Assembly: GCF_033153115.1 (NCBI RefSeq)
Contig: NW_026889778.1
Coordinates: 39,804,001 to 39,868,000, forward strand
Origin: Saccostrea echinata
Lineage: Eukaryota
Reading direction: 5' to 3'
Length of the DNA stretch: 64,000 nt
The notes below the pieces were generated by a model, which did not search any database, was not told the DNA's origin, and worked only from the letters and a program-made list of their open reading frames with translations. Both the position numbers and the translations under genes were made by a program. Shown piece after piece: positions 1 through 13,143 of the stretch; positions within the stretch are counted from its first letter, which is position 1, and each line of letters opens with the position of its first letter.

Positions 1-620
1 CGTGGTCCTCCTGTACTGCTTGTGAGGGGTCAACCGTTGTTGACCCCTCCTCGGGAACAACCGCTTTCCCCTATCTGACTGGCGGAGTCTGAGGGTTCCT
101 CCTGGGGCTTGCTAACAGCCCCTTCATCTTGGGGACATTGTTGTTCTCCTTCAACAGGTTTACCGACAACCTGCAATTCCCCCACGATCTTCTGGGCCTT
201 GCCAACAGGCCAAGGCTGTCTGGGCTTCCCAACAGCCCCCTTTGTCTGCTCAGGTTTGCTAACAACCTGAGACTGGACCGTCGTAGCATAGCTTCGCATG
301 ACCACAATTAAAGCGCTCGTGAGATCGACCCTGAACAACCTACAAGCATTTATGCCCATACATTGATGTAAGATATGGGAGGTGTTCCTGGTCTCCCTCC
401 TGCATGGTGAAGATGACACTTCGCATTCCTGTAAGGAGGTTGCCGTCCTTCAGAAATTCTAGCTTACACTGTACCAACTTCTTCGTACTTCTCCAAAACT
501 TTTGTGACATCTTCGTTCGACACCCGGAGAGCCCTTATCCTGCCACACGCCTCCAGCCGTACCTTCAGCTAACGTAACATCCTTCTTCGAGACTCGCTGC
601 ATCAGCTTCTAATATAACGC
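1..620 (-). mobile_element. Degenerate L1/Tx1-type non-LTR retrotransposon ORF1 fragment (continues off the window start)
   Basis: Manual minus-strand translation of 301-540, across one frameshift and one stop, gives VSNEDVTKVLEKY..FLKDGNLLTGMRSVIFTMQEGDQEHLPYLTSMYGHKCL*VVQGRSHERFNCG. This is the RRM-like TGxR...LP...G.K.LV.V.GR pattern leading into a decayed zinc knuckle. It is followed by a low-complexity VGKP-repeat linker (ORF 30..419). GC content is higher than the flanks. Confidence 0.6.
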
Positions 621-2298
621 TAAAGGAAAAATCTTGAAAAGACGTGGAGACTTTTGAATAACCAACAGAAGGCGGAAACATGAACTTCTGTAACCTTATA
701 CCTATATTTTTCATAGTTTTTTTTAAATCGTTATTATATTTGACCTTAACATTTGCATTCACTTTTTTAAAACTCTAACAAATTGAAAAGGTTCTACAGT
801 AACTAGTGTCTTGTTTCGAACAATTTTAAAACTACAGTAATGCATCATGTACCAAATGAAGAATTTTTATTATTATTACATTTTTTCTCCTAGTAAAAAA
901 TATTTAAAAGAAAGATAACTCTTGTTGATGGCTTCATCTTTTTACAGGCACAAGTAATTTTCAATATGATATTCTGACTCTAAAAAGCAGCGCAGTTCGG
1001 TGTTAGTCAAAGTCATGAAAATCTACCAGAATCTCTGATAAATTGTTCTACTTTTGGAAAAATATTTTGGTTTAAATCAGCATTTTGTGATTCGTCTCTC
1101 CTCATCAGAAGGTCAGATACTCAATTATATTTTAACTGGGTAAAATTTAAAAAAAGGTTTATGAAAGATTTCTCCCTGATATGATGATATTTGAACAATT
1201 TTGAACATGAACAAATAATATTTCCTCTAAAGAGGTCAAAATTCAAAATTGTTGTGTATTAGTTTAGTGTGTTTGATATCTAGTCTGTACTCATGAAAAA
1301 ATAAGGAGGATAAGGAGGGGAGGGGTTAAGTTTGTTTTCTGTATAACGTTTTTAAAACTACTAAATGATGTACATTGTACTGTATGAGGAATAAAAGATT
1401 TCTTAAATAATTCGAGCCTACATTCAGGAATAGTGTAGTCCTCCCGATTGCAAGTATAATACTTTGAATCTAAACTCCCTGTTGAAGTGAAAAAATGTTG
1501 TTTTTCTTTTCTTTATTTTTTAGATAGTCGGATACTAAATTGTGATGTACTTTACATAAAGTATTTAGTTGTCTGTATGGGGTTTCACTTGGTTTTTGGG
1601 GCATCCAGATGTGATTTTATCAGATATTAATTTGGCAAATGAAAGTGAAATTTGATTCAGGTGGCTTAATGAGCTTCTTGTATTTTAAATGAGCTATTAT
1701 AAATCTGAACTGTGTAACTTTTACTGACAGATCTATCAACCCCCTCTTTTTCCGAATTCTTCTTAGATATCAAGAAGGAAAAAATCCTACATTTTGTTCA
1801 CCTGTTTCATAAACTTTTTCCCCCTTTTCTTTGATGAAAAAAAGTTTTACCAGGAAGCGGGAAATTTTTATGTAGATTGGTTTTCTGTACCCTACATATT
1901 TACTAGGTATATATGATATAGTTTTATACAATTTTTTAGGGTACATGTATGTTGATATCTATCCTTATAGACATTTAAAAGGTTAATGTTCAACCGGATT
2001 TATTTTATTATTTTTCAGAGAAGGGATCGGTCAAGCAATAACACTTAGTTCTTTGTTTGCTGACACAGCTGATTAAAAATTTTCTGTGTCGGTATAGACC
2101 ACTAACAACAAAGTACATTGACAGGAATACATTTCTATACAAACAAAGAAAAAACTTCCCTGACTAAGACTGAAATTTTGTTTGAAAACTTTCATTCTAT
2201 CAGCATGTTGAGCCTCATTTCAAAAGTACATGTAATCAACGAATAAACTAATTTTTTTGCCATTTTATTTCTACTTGTATTTATACATCTGTATATAT

Positions 2299-2922
2299 TG
2301 AGGGTAATCGTGTTCAAAAACCTAGACTTGTAATTTAAGTTTGTAAATCCAAACTTTCATAGTCAACATGTGTAAGTAGGTAATTCCAACATCCTACCAT
2401 GTAGTTCCTAACATACAACTGTGTTGCCTTTGAGTTTATACTATGAATGTGTGTATTTTGCTTGTTGTAAATTTTGTTTTTCGGTAAATATATTGCCGCT
2501 CTCTGAATAAAACATAAAGACAATTCACAAGTTTACAAATGTAAAGTCTACAACTTTGTCGAATTTTGATAATGAGAAACTATGGAGGGGCATCAGTGTC
2601 AAAATTCTTTTTAAATGTTTTTATTTTTTATTTTTATTTTAACTTCTTGTTTTCCAAATTGAATATTTTTATTTCTTATTTTTTATTTTAATTCTAACTT
2701 TTTTTGTTTATATTTTTCAATTTAAATTCTAGTTCTTAATTTTATTTTGACAATTCATAGTATAAACTCAAAGGCAACACAATTATATGTATGTTCAAAA
2801 CTACATGCTAGGATGTCGGAATTACCTACTTACACTGATACGATTGGATAGTCTGGATTTTTGAACACGATTATCGGATTTACAAACTTACAAGGCTGGA
2901 TTTTTGAACACGATTACCCTCC
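2299..2922. mobile_element. Non-autonomous DNA element (MITE) with ~150-bp imperfect terminal inverted repeats
   Basis: GAGGGTAATCGTGTTCAAAAA (2300-2320) is the reverse complement of TTTTTGAACACGATTACCCTC (2901-2921). Inverted similarity continues through TGTGTTGCCTTTGAGTTTATACTATGAAT. Possible ATAT target duplication. Confidence 0.7.
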
Positions 2923-3177
2923 ATATCTGTAGAGTGCATACATTTATTAACACTTACAGAATAAATGTTATGGACTAAACTGTGATAACTCTATCACCAT
3001 GGAACGTGATGTCTGAATTCAAAAAAAATTTTATGGCTTGGCCTAAATCTTTTTACGAAGAATCACGTGTTTCTGTGTTAAGTGTTTAAATCAAATAAAT
3101 ACCATCCTAATATGATAAACCGAGACAGTACCAGAGAGAAGGACGTTATATTTGGTACGTGTACGTACAATCACAAC

Positions 3178-6100
3178 ATGCAGCTATCGATTTTCTTTCC
3201 TGTCCTTGGTATACAGTTTGTGGTTTGTCTTTCTCGTCGTTTGAAGGTGGATCCTGTAAAATTTAAAGGTAAAAATCTTAATGCAGGCTCCTTTTTACAA
3301 AATATGCATTAAAGCCGCTGTAAGGCTCAGATGAAATATTTGTTTGCTACTACGGCCCGAACAAAGTATTTTATTGCAAAGCCCGAGGAGAACACTTTTT
3401 TTTCTTATATTGTGTTGTGTAGTTTAAAATGATACTTATCGAATATACTTTATGGATTTTAAAATCACACAGGTATTGCCTTTTAGATATACCCAAAGAT
3501 CTAGCTAGTACGAAGTGAGTCGCAAACAGGAAGCCACATTTTTAAGCCCAATACTCAATAATAAATAACATACATCTTACTCGTAGGCCTGTGAGTTATT
3601 ATTTTTTTTTTTACAGTGTTAAGATATCGACGGACAAAAAATGACTTCATTTTTAGGCCCTATAATGTGACATAAATTTATACAGGATATTTTTTATTGA
3701 AATATTTGAGGAATGTTTTTGCTGGTATTTAAACTTCAACAGGAAACTTGCAAGATTTTGTGCTTAAGAAGAATATTAAGCTTGTATATATTATATATAC
3801 ACCTATTTACTGGCTATGAGGACAATAGTAAGTTTATCGTTCCCCAAGTCAGCAACTATTTCCCGAGGCGCAGCCGAGGGAAATAGTTGCTGTCGAGGGG
3901 GACGATAAACTTGCTATAGTCCGAATAATCAGTAAATAGGTGTATTATTATACCGAAGCAGTCTTTACTCGTGTTACGTCACAATCTGGATAAAACCAGA
4001 AGAGTTCCGAGATGAAAAGTGAGGGAAACAGAATGCTGCCGGTGAATAGTTTAATGACTATTTCACCATGGGCAAATAGCACAAAAACTATTCCACGGTA
4101 GGGGCTGTTAGGAAAAAATAGCATGTTTATTCGTCATATTTTTATATAGAAAAAATTCACAGAGGTATAATAAACATGTATATGTGCTCTTGTTGTATAT
4201 GTAAATAAATTAAACCTAAACATAAAATACTTTCATCTCTCAATGCCATGTTGTGAAGACTTGAGAGTTGAAATAGAGCATGTTGTGGTATTAAAACAAA
4301 TTACTGTATTCAAGTGTTGCTTTCTTTGATATTTGTACTTTTATCATATATATAGCGGTCACTTTTATCTGTCTGCATTATTGAGGAATAAGGGCGAGAC
4401 CCCTTTACTCTAGCTGCAGAACTGTAGCTGAAAAAAGACAAACGGAGGCAGTTCAAGTTTTTCAGACCAGTCATGAGCTACAGATCTGAAGCTACATCTA
4501 CCTCTCCCCGAAAAGTTTACAAAATCAAATAAAATTTATCTATTTAATTGATAAGACAATGTATGTTTTATTTACTTGATTATTGTGTAATATTAGATTT
4601 ACCCAGAAAAAGCACACTCGGTTTCGCCCCCTGGACCCGCATTAAGAGCAAGTTACGTCCTTTGAGTTTACAATAAAAAGGAATACAACCTTAGAATTTT
4701 TGTTCTCAATAAGAAAAAAAGACACTTTTTAGCTCGAAGAAAAGAGGGGGTCATCAGAACTCGCCCTCAGGACTAAGACACCTCCCCGACCATCTTACTC
4801 AGGCTTCTAGATGTAAGCAAGGGGAGATCTGATAAAGTGATACTGTGTCTTTCTTTAGACTGTAGCCATGTACGAGCTCTGGGTCATCTGAAGAACAGCA
4901 CATACACATTATGGATGAATGACACAACACCCTTCAAGGTATCAATATTAAGCAATTTAAAATCAATAAACTAAAAACTTTGTGCCTATGTTTCAATTTA
5001 AAGACTCATCATACCTCTGTTTACTGATCTAAAAAAAAAGAAGCTTATAACGCTTGTAATTTTTTTCAAAAGAAATTTAGATTAAATTGTGCACAATATA
5101 AGCATAGCCTTCGGGACAAAATTTGACAGAAATTACCTTTTTAAAATTTAATAATTCTATAAAGGATTTTGTCATTTATCCAAGCTAGAGTTATCTTTCT
5201 TATCAGAGGGTAAATAACCTTAAAATGAACACAAAAGTATACATGTACATGAAATACTATTCTCCTACCGTTATATATGTAGGTACGCTGTGAACATGGA
5301 ACCTCTAACTCCTTCACCGTGATTCTTCGGAGGATGTATGGAACAGAAAATTTCTACCGTGGTTTCCATGACTATCAGTACGGGTTTGGTCATCCCCAGG
5401 GAGATTACTGGGCGGGGCTAAACCAAATCTACTACTTGACCAGTGCAGCTGGTAAGCCGAAGTCAATGTACTCTTAGATATATTACTGCAAAAGGAATGC
5501 GTTTTCAGATACTCTGTTACATGTATATATGCCTCATCACAACAATAAGTCAAAATTAGACAATAACATGAACCGTACATTTTGTTGGTTTTCCTAATTT
5601 ATTTCTGTAAACGTTTATTTGCACATGTTCGCGCATAAACATGTAGCATCGACAAACTGCATTTTAGTTTTTAACGCTTTATATTTCGATTCTTGTAAAA
5701 TATATATGAAGGGTTATTTTGTAACTATCAGAATTAACTACCAATAATTAATTAAGTGCAAACAAATGCTACAAGGTTTATGTTATGTTATAATGTGTTA
5801 TCAACATAAAAGGAACATTCCACAAAAATATTAAAGTGTATAGTTGTCTTTTGTTGAAAATCCTTTATGACTGCTTTTAGCTCACACGAACCGAAGGTTC
5901 AAGATTACACGTCGTGGTCGTCAGATTGCCTGTCCGTCAGTTAATTTTTCACATTTTCGACCAAACTTTGGAAAAGGGGATTCAAGGGTCACACCCTTAA
6001 AGCTGACGTAAATATAGAAATGGCAGAAATAGGGTGGGTTTCTTTAAGTGAGAGCCTCGTGACAAGTTTTTGTTTTTGTTTTTGTTTTTTTTTCCAAAGA

Positions 6101-8398
6101 ATGGCCTCGGGTAGAGTAGGGGTACAATGGTGGATCAAAGTTTTACATTAAAAAATATAAAAAAAAAAAATCTTTAAAAATCTTCTCAACAAGCATCAAG
6201 CACCATCAGTGGTGCATATTCAAATTATTCAAATCTTTGACATGGGGGTAGAATGGGGCCATAATAGGGGATCATAATTTTACATGATTCTATATAGGGA
6301 AAATTCTTTAAATACCTCTAAGATTCTCCTGTCCAGAATAGCATGCTAATGATTTGTCTTATATTAATATGCAAGTACGAGGGGTTATCAAAAAGTTCGT
6401 GGACTGATGCGTTAAAATTAATACTATGTAGTCTGTGCTTACAAAATCTATAAGAAACAAAGAACAACTTAAGTTTAAGAAATGTTGAAAATTTTAGCTT
6501 GATACGTTGATAATTTTCCAAATTATTCTAAAATAAAAAAAGACATTATATGATCACCCGGCGCTGTCGCCGTTTAGTTTCATGACGTCAGACAACGTCA
6601 TTGTCTCTCAATGTCGGCTCTCTCTACTTCATACTCTTATCTTGATGAGATTACCTGGAGTTAAGTAAGGACTTAAGCCCGTCTTGTTTATATGATTTAA
6701 TAATGTCATGAACAGCTGCTTTCAATGCATATAATATTGTAAATGGATCTATACAAAGGGAAAGATCCTCACTTGATTATGCCAGAATACTTAGCTTGTT
6801 GGAGTTCAATTTCTGTCACACATGATCAACGTCACTTTTCGAGGTGACTGACTTTTGACGCCCTGACTACAAATCGACATTAACTGTGCATCTTTCATCT
6901 CTCTGAATCTTTTTGGGCATTTAAAGACAAGTACTCTGGATGCATTTTATTTCTCTGTAGCCCGTTGTAATATTCTTTAGGTCTATACCAGTTTTTCCAG
7001 GTGCGAAACTTTATAGAATGCTGGAAAAAGAAACCCCTCCCCCTTTTTGACGTACGTCATTTTCAAGCCTTTATTTTTTGGACACTTCATATAAAATTTA
7101 CAATAGAATTTCATAGAACGTACAGAATGGGATAAAAATTGCAAATTTTACAGAACAATTTTGTCCTACCACATGTCTGAAATAACGGTATATTTTGATG
7201 ACAAGTGCTCATATCAAAAGAGTTTTTCTCAGTTACACTCAGTTAGAAAACGTCATATTTGAGGTTGCGCCGCCTTTGCTTACAAAAGCATTAAAAATTT
7301 ATTTAAAAAATAAAACTTATGATTTATGATTTATTCTATAGATTATGCTAACATGTTTTAAAATCCATTGATGTACCTAAAGCGGTTTTAATTTTATGGC
7401 GCTAGTCTACGAACTTTTAGATAACCCCTCGCATTCCAAGGTAGTTCATATTCAAATCGTGGTCCCCGGGGATAGCTATAGAGTAGGACCACAATAATGG
7501 ATCAGGGTTTCACATAGGAATATATAGGAAATAACTTTTAAAAGCAAGACCACACTAAATTATATAGATATACAAACATTCCTAAGTTGTGTGGATTTAT
7601 TTTTTTTTCAATTATGGACCGTATTGGCCCCTGGGTTTAGGAAGGGCTACCGTTGGGGGTCAAAATTTACATAATACATGTATAAAGGAAACTAATTATT
7701 GAAAAATCTTCTATATATATAGAACAGCAAGGTCCTGTTAGTCATACATGTATTAAGAGTAAAGCACGTTGTGTGGATTCAAGATCGATTTCATCATAAC
7801 CACTTTGAAATTAATTGGGGTTACAACAAGAAACAAAAGTAAAGAATGGAAAATACTAGTATCTTTTAAAAATCTTTTGAAGAGGAACAACAGGACCAAC
7901 GTGATTCAGGTGAGCGTTGTGGCCCATGGGCCTCTTGTTATAAAAGGGACTCTTTTTATTGACAGTTTAGCAATCCAATAACTCGTAAGTAAAGTTTTGT
8001 TTTATTTTTTTTTTCAAGGTAACAACATCCTAACTATCAACATGCAGGACTGGTACGGTAACAATAGGAATGTTCGCTACAATCACTTCCGGGTCAATGC
8101 TGCGCCATATTTCCAGCTTTCCATCGGGTCTTTTCAAGGTCAAGTTCCAGATGACCTTTCATTTAACAATGGCATGTATTTTGCCACCTACGACAAACCC
8201 GATGCACATAGTTGCGCTGTCCATCAGAAAGGGGGATGGTGGTACAATTACTGTACCTTCGCCCTACCAACGGGGGTATACTACCACGGGGGACCCTACA
8301 CGCCTTCTGGTGGATATTACGACGGTATTTACTGGAAAGATTGGCAAGGATACGGATATTCTCTGAAATATTTAGCCATGACTGTTTCAAATTCATAA
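3178..8398 (+). CDS. Secreted fibrinogen-related domain protein (FReD) copy 1, intact, 239 aa
   Basis: Exons 3178-3268 (signal-peptide-like MQLSIFFPVLGIQFVVCLS..VKFK), 4859-4938 (DCSHVR..MNDTTPFK), 5283-5451 (VRCEHG..VILRR..ENFYR..DYQYGFGHPQGDYWAGLNQIYYLT) and 8019-8398 (..FATYDKPD..C..GGWWYNYC..GIYWKDWQGYGYSLK). All introns GT-AG; total 720 nt, in frame. Confidence 0.9.
3797..4173. mobile_element. Hairpin-headed non-autonomous element in FReD1 intron 1
   Basis: ~150-bp imperfect palindrome 3797-3945 centred on CCGAGGCGCAGCCGAGG, then a segment bounded by TATTATACC...GGTATAATA. Same architecture as the element at 40892-41420. Crypton-like assignment is inference only. Confidence 0.55.
5875..7940 (+). 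mobile_element. HINE/Helentron-type non-autonomous element with internal degenerate satellite units, interrupted by a mariner-like MITE
   Basis: 5' end TTTTAGCTCAC..CCGAAGGTTCAAG followed by a GTCCGTC tract. 3' end CAGGTGAGCGTTGTGGCCCATGGGCCTCTTGTT. Repeated GGGGCCAyAAT..GGATCA..TTTTACAT units lie between. Confidence 0.75.
6378..7431. mobile_element. Tc1/mariner-type non-autonomous element (1054 bp) nested in the HINE
   Basis: TA|CGAGGGGTTATCAAAAAGTTCGTGGACT at the left end; AGTCTACGAACTTTTAGATAACCCCTCG|CA at the right (~28-bp TIR, right TA mutated). No transposase ORF. Confidence 0.75.
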
Positions 8399-9310
8399 GG
8401 TGAACGTAAAGGCGATGTATAATACTGCAGATTTTGCGTGCATAAAAGTACAATAACTGATGTAGATATTGTAAAGATGTCAACGAAATGCTAACAGAAG
8501 AAAACTTATGAAAACTTTTTGTTTGTTTGTTTTTTAGATTGTAGGAATTGTGAAGAATTTATCAAACTACGAATGTAAATTACGAACTTCTGAACCTCGA
8601 GTGGGAAATAAAAGTCACCATTTGGATAATTTTATGAAGTTATTGAACAATTTTATAGTGTTTGTAAACGTACTAACAAAAATTATTTTCAGTAAATTGG
8701 GTGTGAAGAGGAGGGAACATAGATTCTTATTGTCATTCGTTTATTGTAGTGTACATGTATACCAATAACAAACTCTAGAAAATGTCATATTTGAGGTTGC
8801 GGAAAGTTAATTAAGAATATAACTAGTAACACTAATCTAAAAATAATTATTAAGTACATGTACTAGCGATGTTGATTAACCCTCTCATTATGGTGGTCAT
8901 CAAATACTAGTAATTACATCTACATGTAACTACATGTACTTGCCATTTGCATTTATTAGCATAATAATGAGAGTGTTATTGAATTTATATCAGTGTATTT
9001 TTGCACGAATATAAGATTTTCAATTACATAATTATGTTAATGCATTTTGAAACCGAATGAGTATCGTTATCCATGAATATAAATTCAAAAATTTGGGTTT
9101 TTAAAATTTTTTTTAGACAGGTCTGTTGTATCTCTATGTTTAGTTTATCAGTTGAGGCATATTTTTATGCTATAGTATGCGTGCATTAGCATAGATCATA
9201 AGGGCTTTGCAACTAGAAGTTGGTGTATGGGTACACTATAGTAATAAATTTGTCCGTCTGTCTGTCTTTCCGATCAACACTTTTTGTGACGCGACAACTG
9301 ATTAGTAATC

Positions 9311-9850
9311 CCTAGTCCTGATTAAATTAGAATATCACTAAATGACTGCACCTATAGTCCTGATTAGAATATCACTAAATGGCTGCACCTAGTCCTGATT
9401 AAAATATCACTAAATGGCGTCACAAAGTCTTAATCAGAATATCACTAAATGGGTTGCACCTACATGTAGTCCCGATTTGAATATCAATAAATTGCTGCCC
9501 TTAGTCCTAATTAGAGTACCACTAAATTTGTTGTACACCTAATCCTGATTAGAATATCACTAAACGGCTGCACCTAGTCCTGATTAGAATATCACTAAAA
9601 TGGTTACACCTAATCCTGATTAGAATATCACTAAACGGCTGCACCTAGTCCTAATTAGGACATTACTTAATAGCTGTATCTAGTCCTGATTAGATTATCA
9701 CTAAATGGGATGCACCTTTTCTTGATCAGAATTTCACTAAATAGCTGTATCTAGTCCTGATTTGAATATCGCGAAATAAATTACATACTCTGATGAGAAT
9801 ATCATAAATGGGTTGTACCCTGCCCTGATTAAATACCGGTATCTCTAAAT
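9311..9850 (+). repeat. ~35-bp minisatellite (CTAGTCCTGATTAGAATATCACTAAATGGCTGCAC)n, about 14-15 units
   Basis: Directly visible tandem units. Preceded at ~9160-9300 by a TTTTTATG start and a GTCCGTCTGTCTGTC tract typical of a HINE 5' end. Confidence 0.85.
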
Positions 9851-10119
9851 GGATTTTTCATGAATACGTAATTAAAAAGAAACATATCTTTTTAAAGTTA
9901 TAAATGAAATGCCTAGCAAAATTTTTTTTTTCAAAAGGTCTGACAATATAGCTCCCATATTACAGATAATAACACATGTATTTATCTTTTGTACCCAGTG
10001 GTATAATGAATTAATGTTTAATTTTCTCCCTGAAATTTAATATTGATCACCTATTTTGTGAAAAAATTGTTTTTCCTTTCGTAATCATGAATAGGAGTAT
10101 GCATAATTATATGCAATAA

Positions 10120-10595
10120 GACTTGGAAGGAAATTATTCGAGTTTGAGGCGGCAAAGCTCTGGAACTCTCTACTAAAAGAAGTTAGATTCTTCTCTTACA
10201 GTCACTTCCAAATTTTAATTTCAACATACATGTAGTGTTAAATTAAATTACTGCAGTATGAGCTCCTGCAATCTCCAGACTTTCCTGCCTCAATCTTAAC
10301 TACTCTCCCCCCCCCCTCTCTCTCTCTTGTTGATGTTCAGTTGATCTTCACTAAATAATTGATTTCTCACCCTTAGTTTATTTCTCTGTCAGATCTATTC
10401 TTGATGACATGTTGTAAATTGATACAATATATTTGTATGTATTTTATTTTTTCTCTTTTATGTACATTATGTATGTTTTATGTGTTTTTATAATAAATTT
10501 AATGCTTAATATCATATTTGCTAGTCGGTTTAATAGCTTTTAAGCTAATGTTTCTGTTATGTGTATTGTAGCCAATCTCAAAATAAAAAATAATT
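10120..10595 (+). mobile_element. 5'-truncated CR1/L2-type LINE 3' end
   Basis: 10124 onward reads GRKLFEFEAAKLWNSLLKEVR, matching the conserved C-terminal LWNSLP motif of CR1/L2 ORF2. A pyrimidine-rich 3' UTR follows and ends in an AAATAAA tail. Confidence 0.55.
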
Positions 10596-11878
10596 TAATA
10601 TTACTGTATGCAGTTCAAACATGCAGAGTACCTACATTTACCCGGTAAGTATGCCACTGTAACCAAATGCCCCAATCGACTTTTCATTCCAAGTATAGAC
10701 CCCCTAAAATGACAGTTGTTTCTTCATTTACTTATCTTTGCTTGATATATTTTATTAAGAACAACGCACGAATACTTTCTGTATTTCCGATAAAAATCCC
10801 ATCTACTTCATTCATTATATAATTAATCGTGCAAGCAAAGCATTCAAACTATGTATCGCCCCGCTGTGAGTCAAAAGTCAGGTCAACCGCATTCATAATT
10901 TGTATTGCATACTACGGGTGTTTTTTCTTTCTGTTGGTTGGTAATTTCGAAACAGTTATAACCAGGAAACAGAGTGATAAAGACCATATTGTAAAGATGT
11001 TAACTTCCTTTATTTTTTTATTAACAGTAGTAATAGACGATTATCAATTTTTTTTTTTTTTTACTAGGATAAAACATTTGCTTTTTCCTAAACAAATTGC
11101 TTTAAAAATGCGCCATGGAACAGTCAGGATGAAAATATTTTACGTGAAATATTTCCTGTGTTAAAGAAATCCAAACGTGACACAAAAATGACATAATTTT
11201 GTCGAAGGTCCCTCTGATGATTGGTTGATTGGTTTTTATGTTAATTAAGGGATTGAAACAAAATGCCACCCTCACATAAACTTTCTCAACACAAATCAGT
11301 TGAGATCTATATTTCGGCTAACAAGGTTTGTACCTTTTACTCTCTACATTAATATGATCAATTATTATGGTGACGAATGGGCTATTATTTTTTTCTGTTA
11401 TTTCAGTAACTTTTCAGCATGCAGAGAAGAGTTTTGCTATGTATCTTTCTTGTCCAATTTGGAATGTGCCTCTCTCTTGGCAATGCTGCAGCCGTGAAGT
11501 TCAAAGGTATTATATTTAAAGTTAGAATATGACAGATTTTTTTTTTTAAATATAATTTTTATCAGTTAAATTTTGTTTAAACAAATTGTTAAACTGTTGT
11601 TAAATTGTTGAACTGTAACTGTGTGCTTGCTAGAGGTACGAACTTTCATAAACTTTCTAAATAGTAGAAAGAGATTGGTGCGGTCATGATAATTATTCAA
11701 AAAATAATTCGTATAATTATATATGTGTACATATAAATCAATGAACAGTTGAGTATCTGAAATCCGGACGCCAATAATCTGGACACTCCACCTTCAATTT
11801 GTATGGAACAAAATTAACAATTCTATATTTACCAATCATAAAATTTATACTTCTCAATAATGCCCAACGCCCCACAAT

Positions 11879-11986
11879 TGTCGTTTACTAATTATTGAAT
11901 TATTAGAAATTCAAAAAATGAGTACACGACAAGTGTCGTGTACTCATTATTTGAATTTCTAATAATTCAGTAATTAGTGAACGACA
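11879..11986. repeat. ~108-bp near-perfect palindrome in FReD2 intron 1
   Basis: TGTCGTTTACTAATTATTGAATTATTAGAAATTCAAA..ATGAGTACACGACA is mirrored by TGTCGTGTACTCAT..TTTGAATTTCTAATAATTCAGTAATTAGTGAACGACA. Absent from the homologous intron of copy 3. Confidence 0.8.
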
Positions 11987-12291
11987 CAATAAATGAAGGC
12001 GACAAGATAACCGAACTCAAATGTATATCCAAAACCTTGGAATTCATTTGTCCACAGTTTTCCTATTGATGATACATAGTTGACAGAACGGATATCCCCG
12101 ATCTCTTAGCGGCTGTTTTATTTTACTCATATCATTGCAATTAAACATGTATATAATATTTAATTATTTTATTTCTTTTTCGAATATTTTGTTTTGTACC
12201 AGATTGTAACCATGTACGTGCAGCGGGGTTTGTTAAAAACCAGACATACACCGTGTGGATGAATGATACAACTTCTTTCAGGGTACTAATT

Positions 12292-13101
12292 CACTGTAGG
12301 AAAGCCGATGACCGTAATATAGTTTACGGTCATCAAAACATGTCGGCCGAGCTGATCGGTAAGAATTTTTCATTCAAGATATCAAATATTTGTTAGCATA
12401 TCTTTGTAAATTCCGCTGAAAATTGAATGTACGCTAATGAAAACTTGCTATTGGTTATTGTAGCTTACTTGAACTTAAGAAAATAAAGCTGTAGTACGAC
12501 CTCAAAGTTTTTGAGAATGATGACCGTAACAAAATATTAAGATGACCGTAATCGAGGTTTATTCCGTGAAGTGGGATGACCGTAAATTTATGATGACCGT
12601 AATATCAAACAGATTTGCGTCCAAATAAAGATTTGAAGTGTACACGTGCCAAACGTTTTTACGATCGGCAACGATTCTGTGTGCGATCATACAACTAAGA
12701 AAATATGATAAACATGCGATCGTGCAATTTGAAATTCATTAAATACCCTTAACAGTTTAATGAAATATAGTAAGAGATTACCGATTTACATGGGCTGAAA
12801 GTCTGTAGAAACAGAACAGGACACCGAACATTTTATTTTTAAGAAGGGGGGGGGGGATTTGACAGATTTTCTAATCTTCTGCTTGGATAATGTCCACATT
12901 TTAAGACAGCAAAATCAAAAATCCAGAACTCTTGCTTTTAATTGTCTATTGGCACTCGATTAAAATAAATCAGATACTAACAAAAAGTATTGTAAGGACC
13001 GAATTTTAGGATTATAGACAAACAGGTTTTATTGTCTATGGAATGGCTGTTCAATCACAGGAGTTGGCATACCTATAAATTTTACCGAAATTTTCAGTAA
13101 A

Positions 13102-13143
<42 letters not shown>

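Noticed and set aside
8777-8801. 25-bp match to the interior of the mariner-like element (7245-7269)
   Set aside because: Too short to interpret; likely a repeat scrap or repair filler.
9311-9850. Regular ~35-bp repeats resembling a CRISPR array
   Set aside because: Units are head-to-tail with no unique spacers, there are no cas genes, and the context is eukaryotic. It is a minisatellite.
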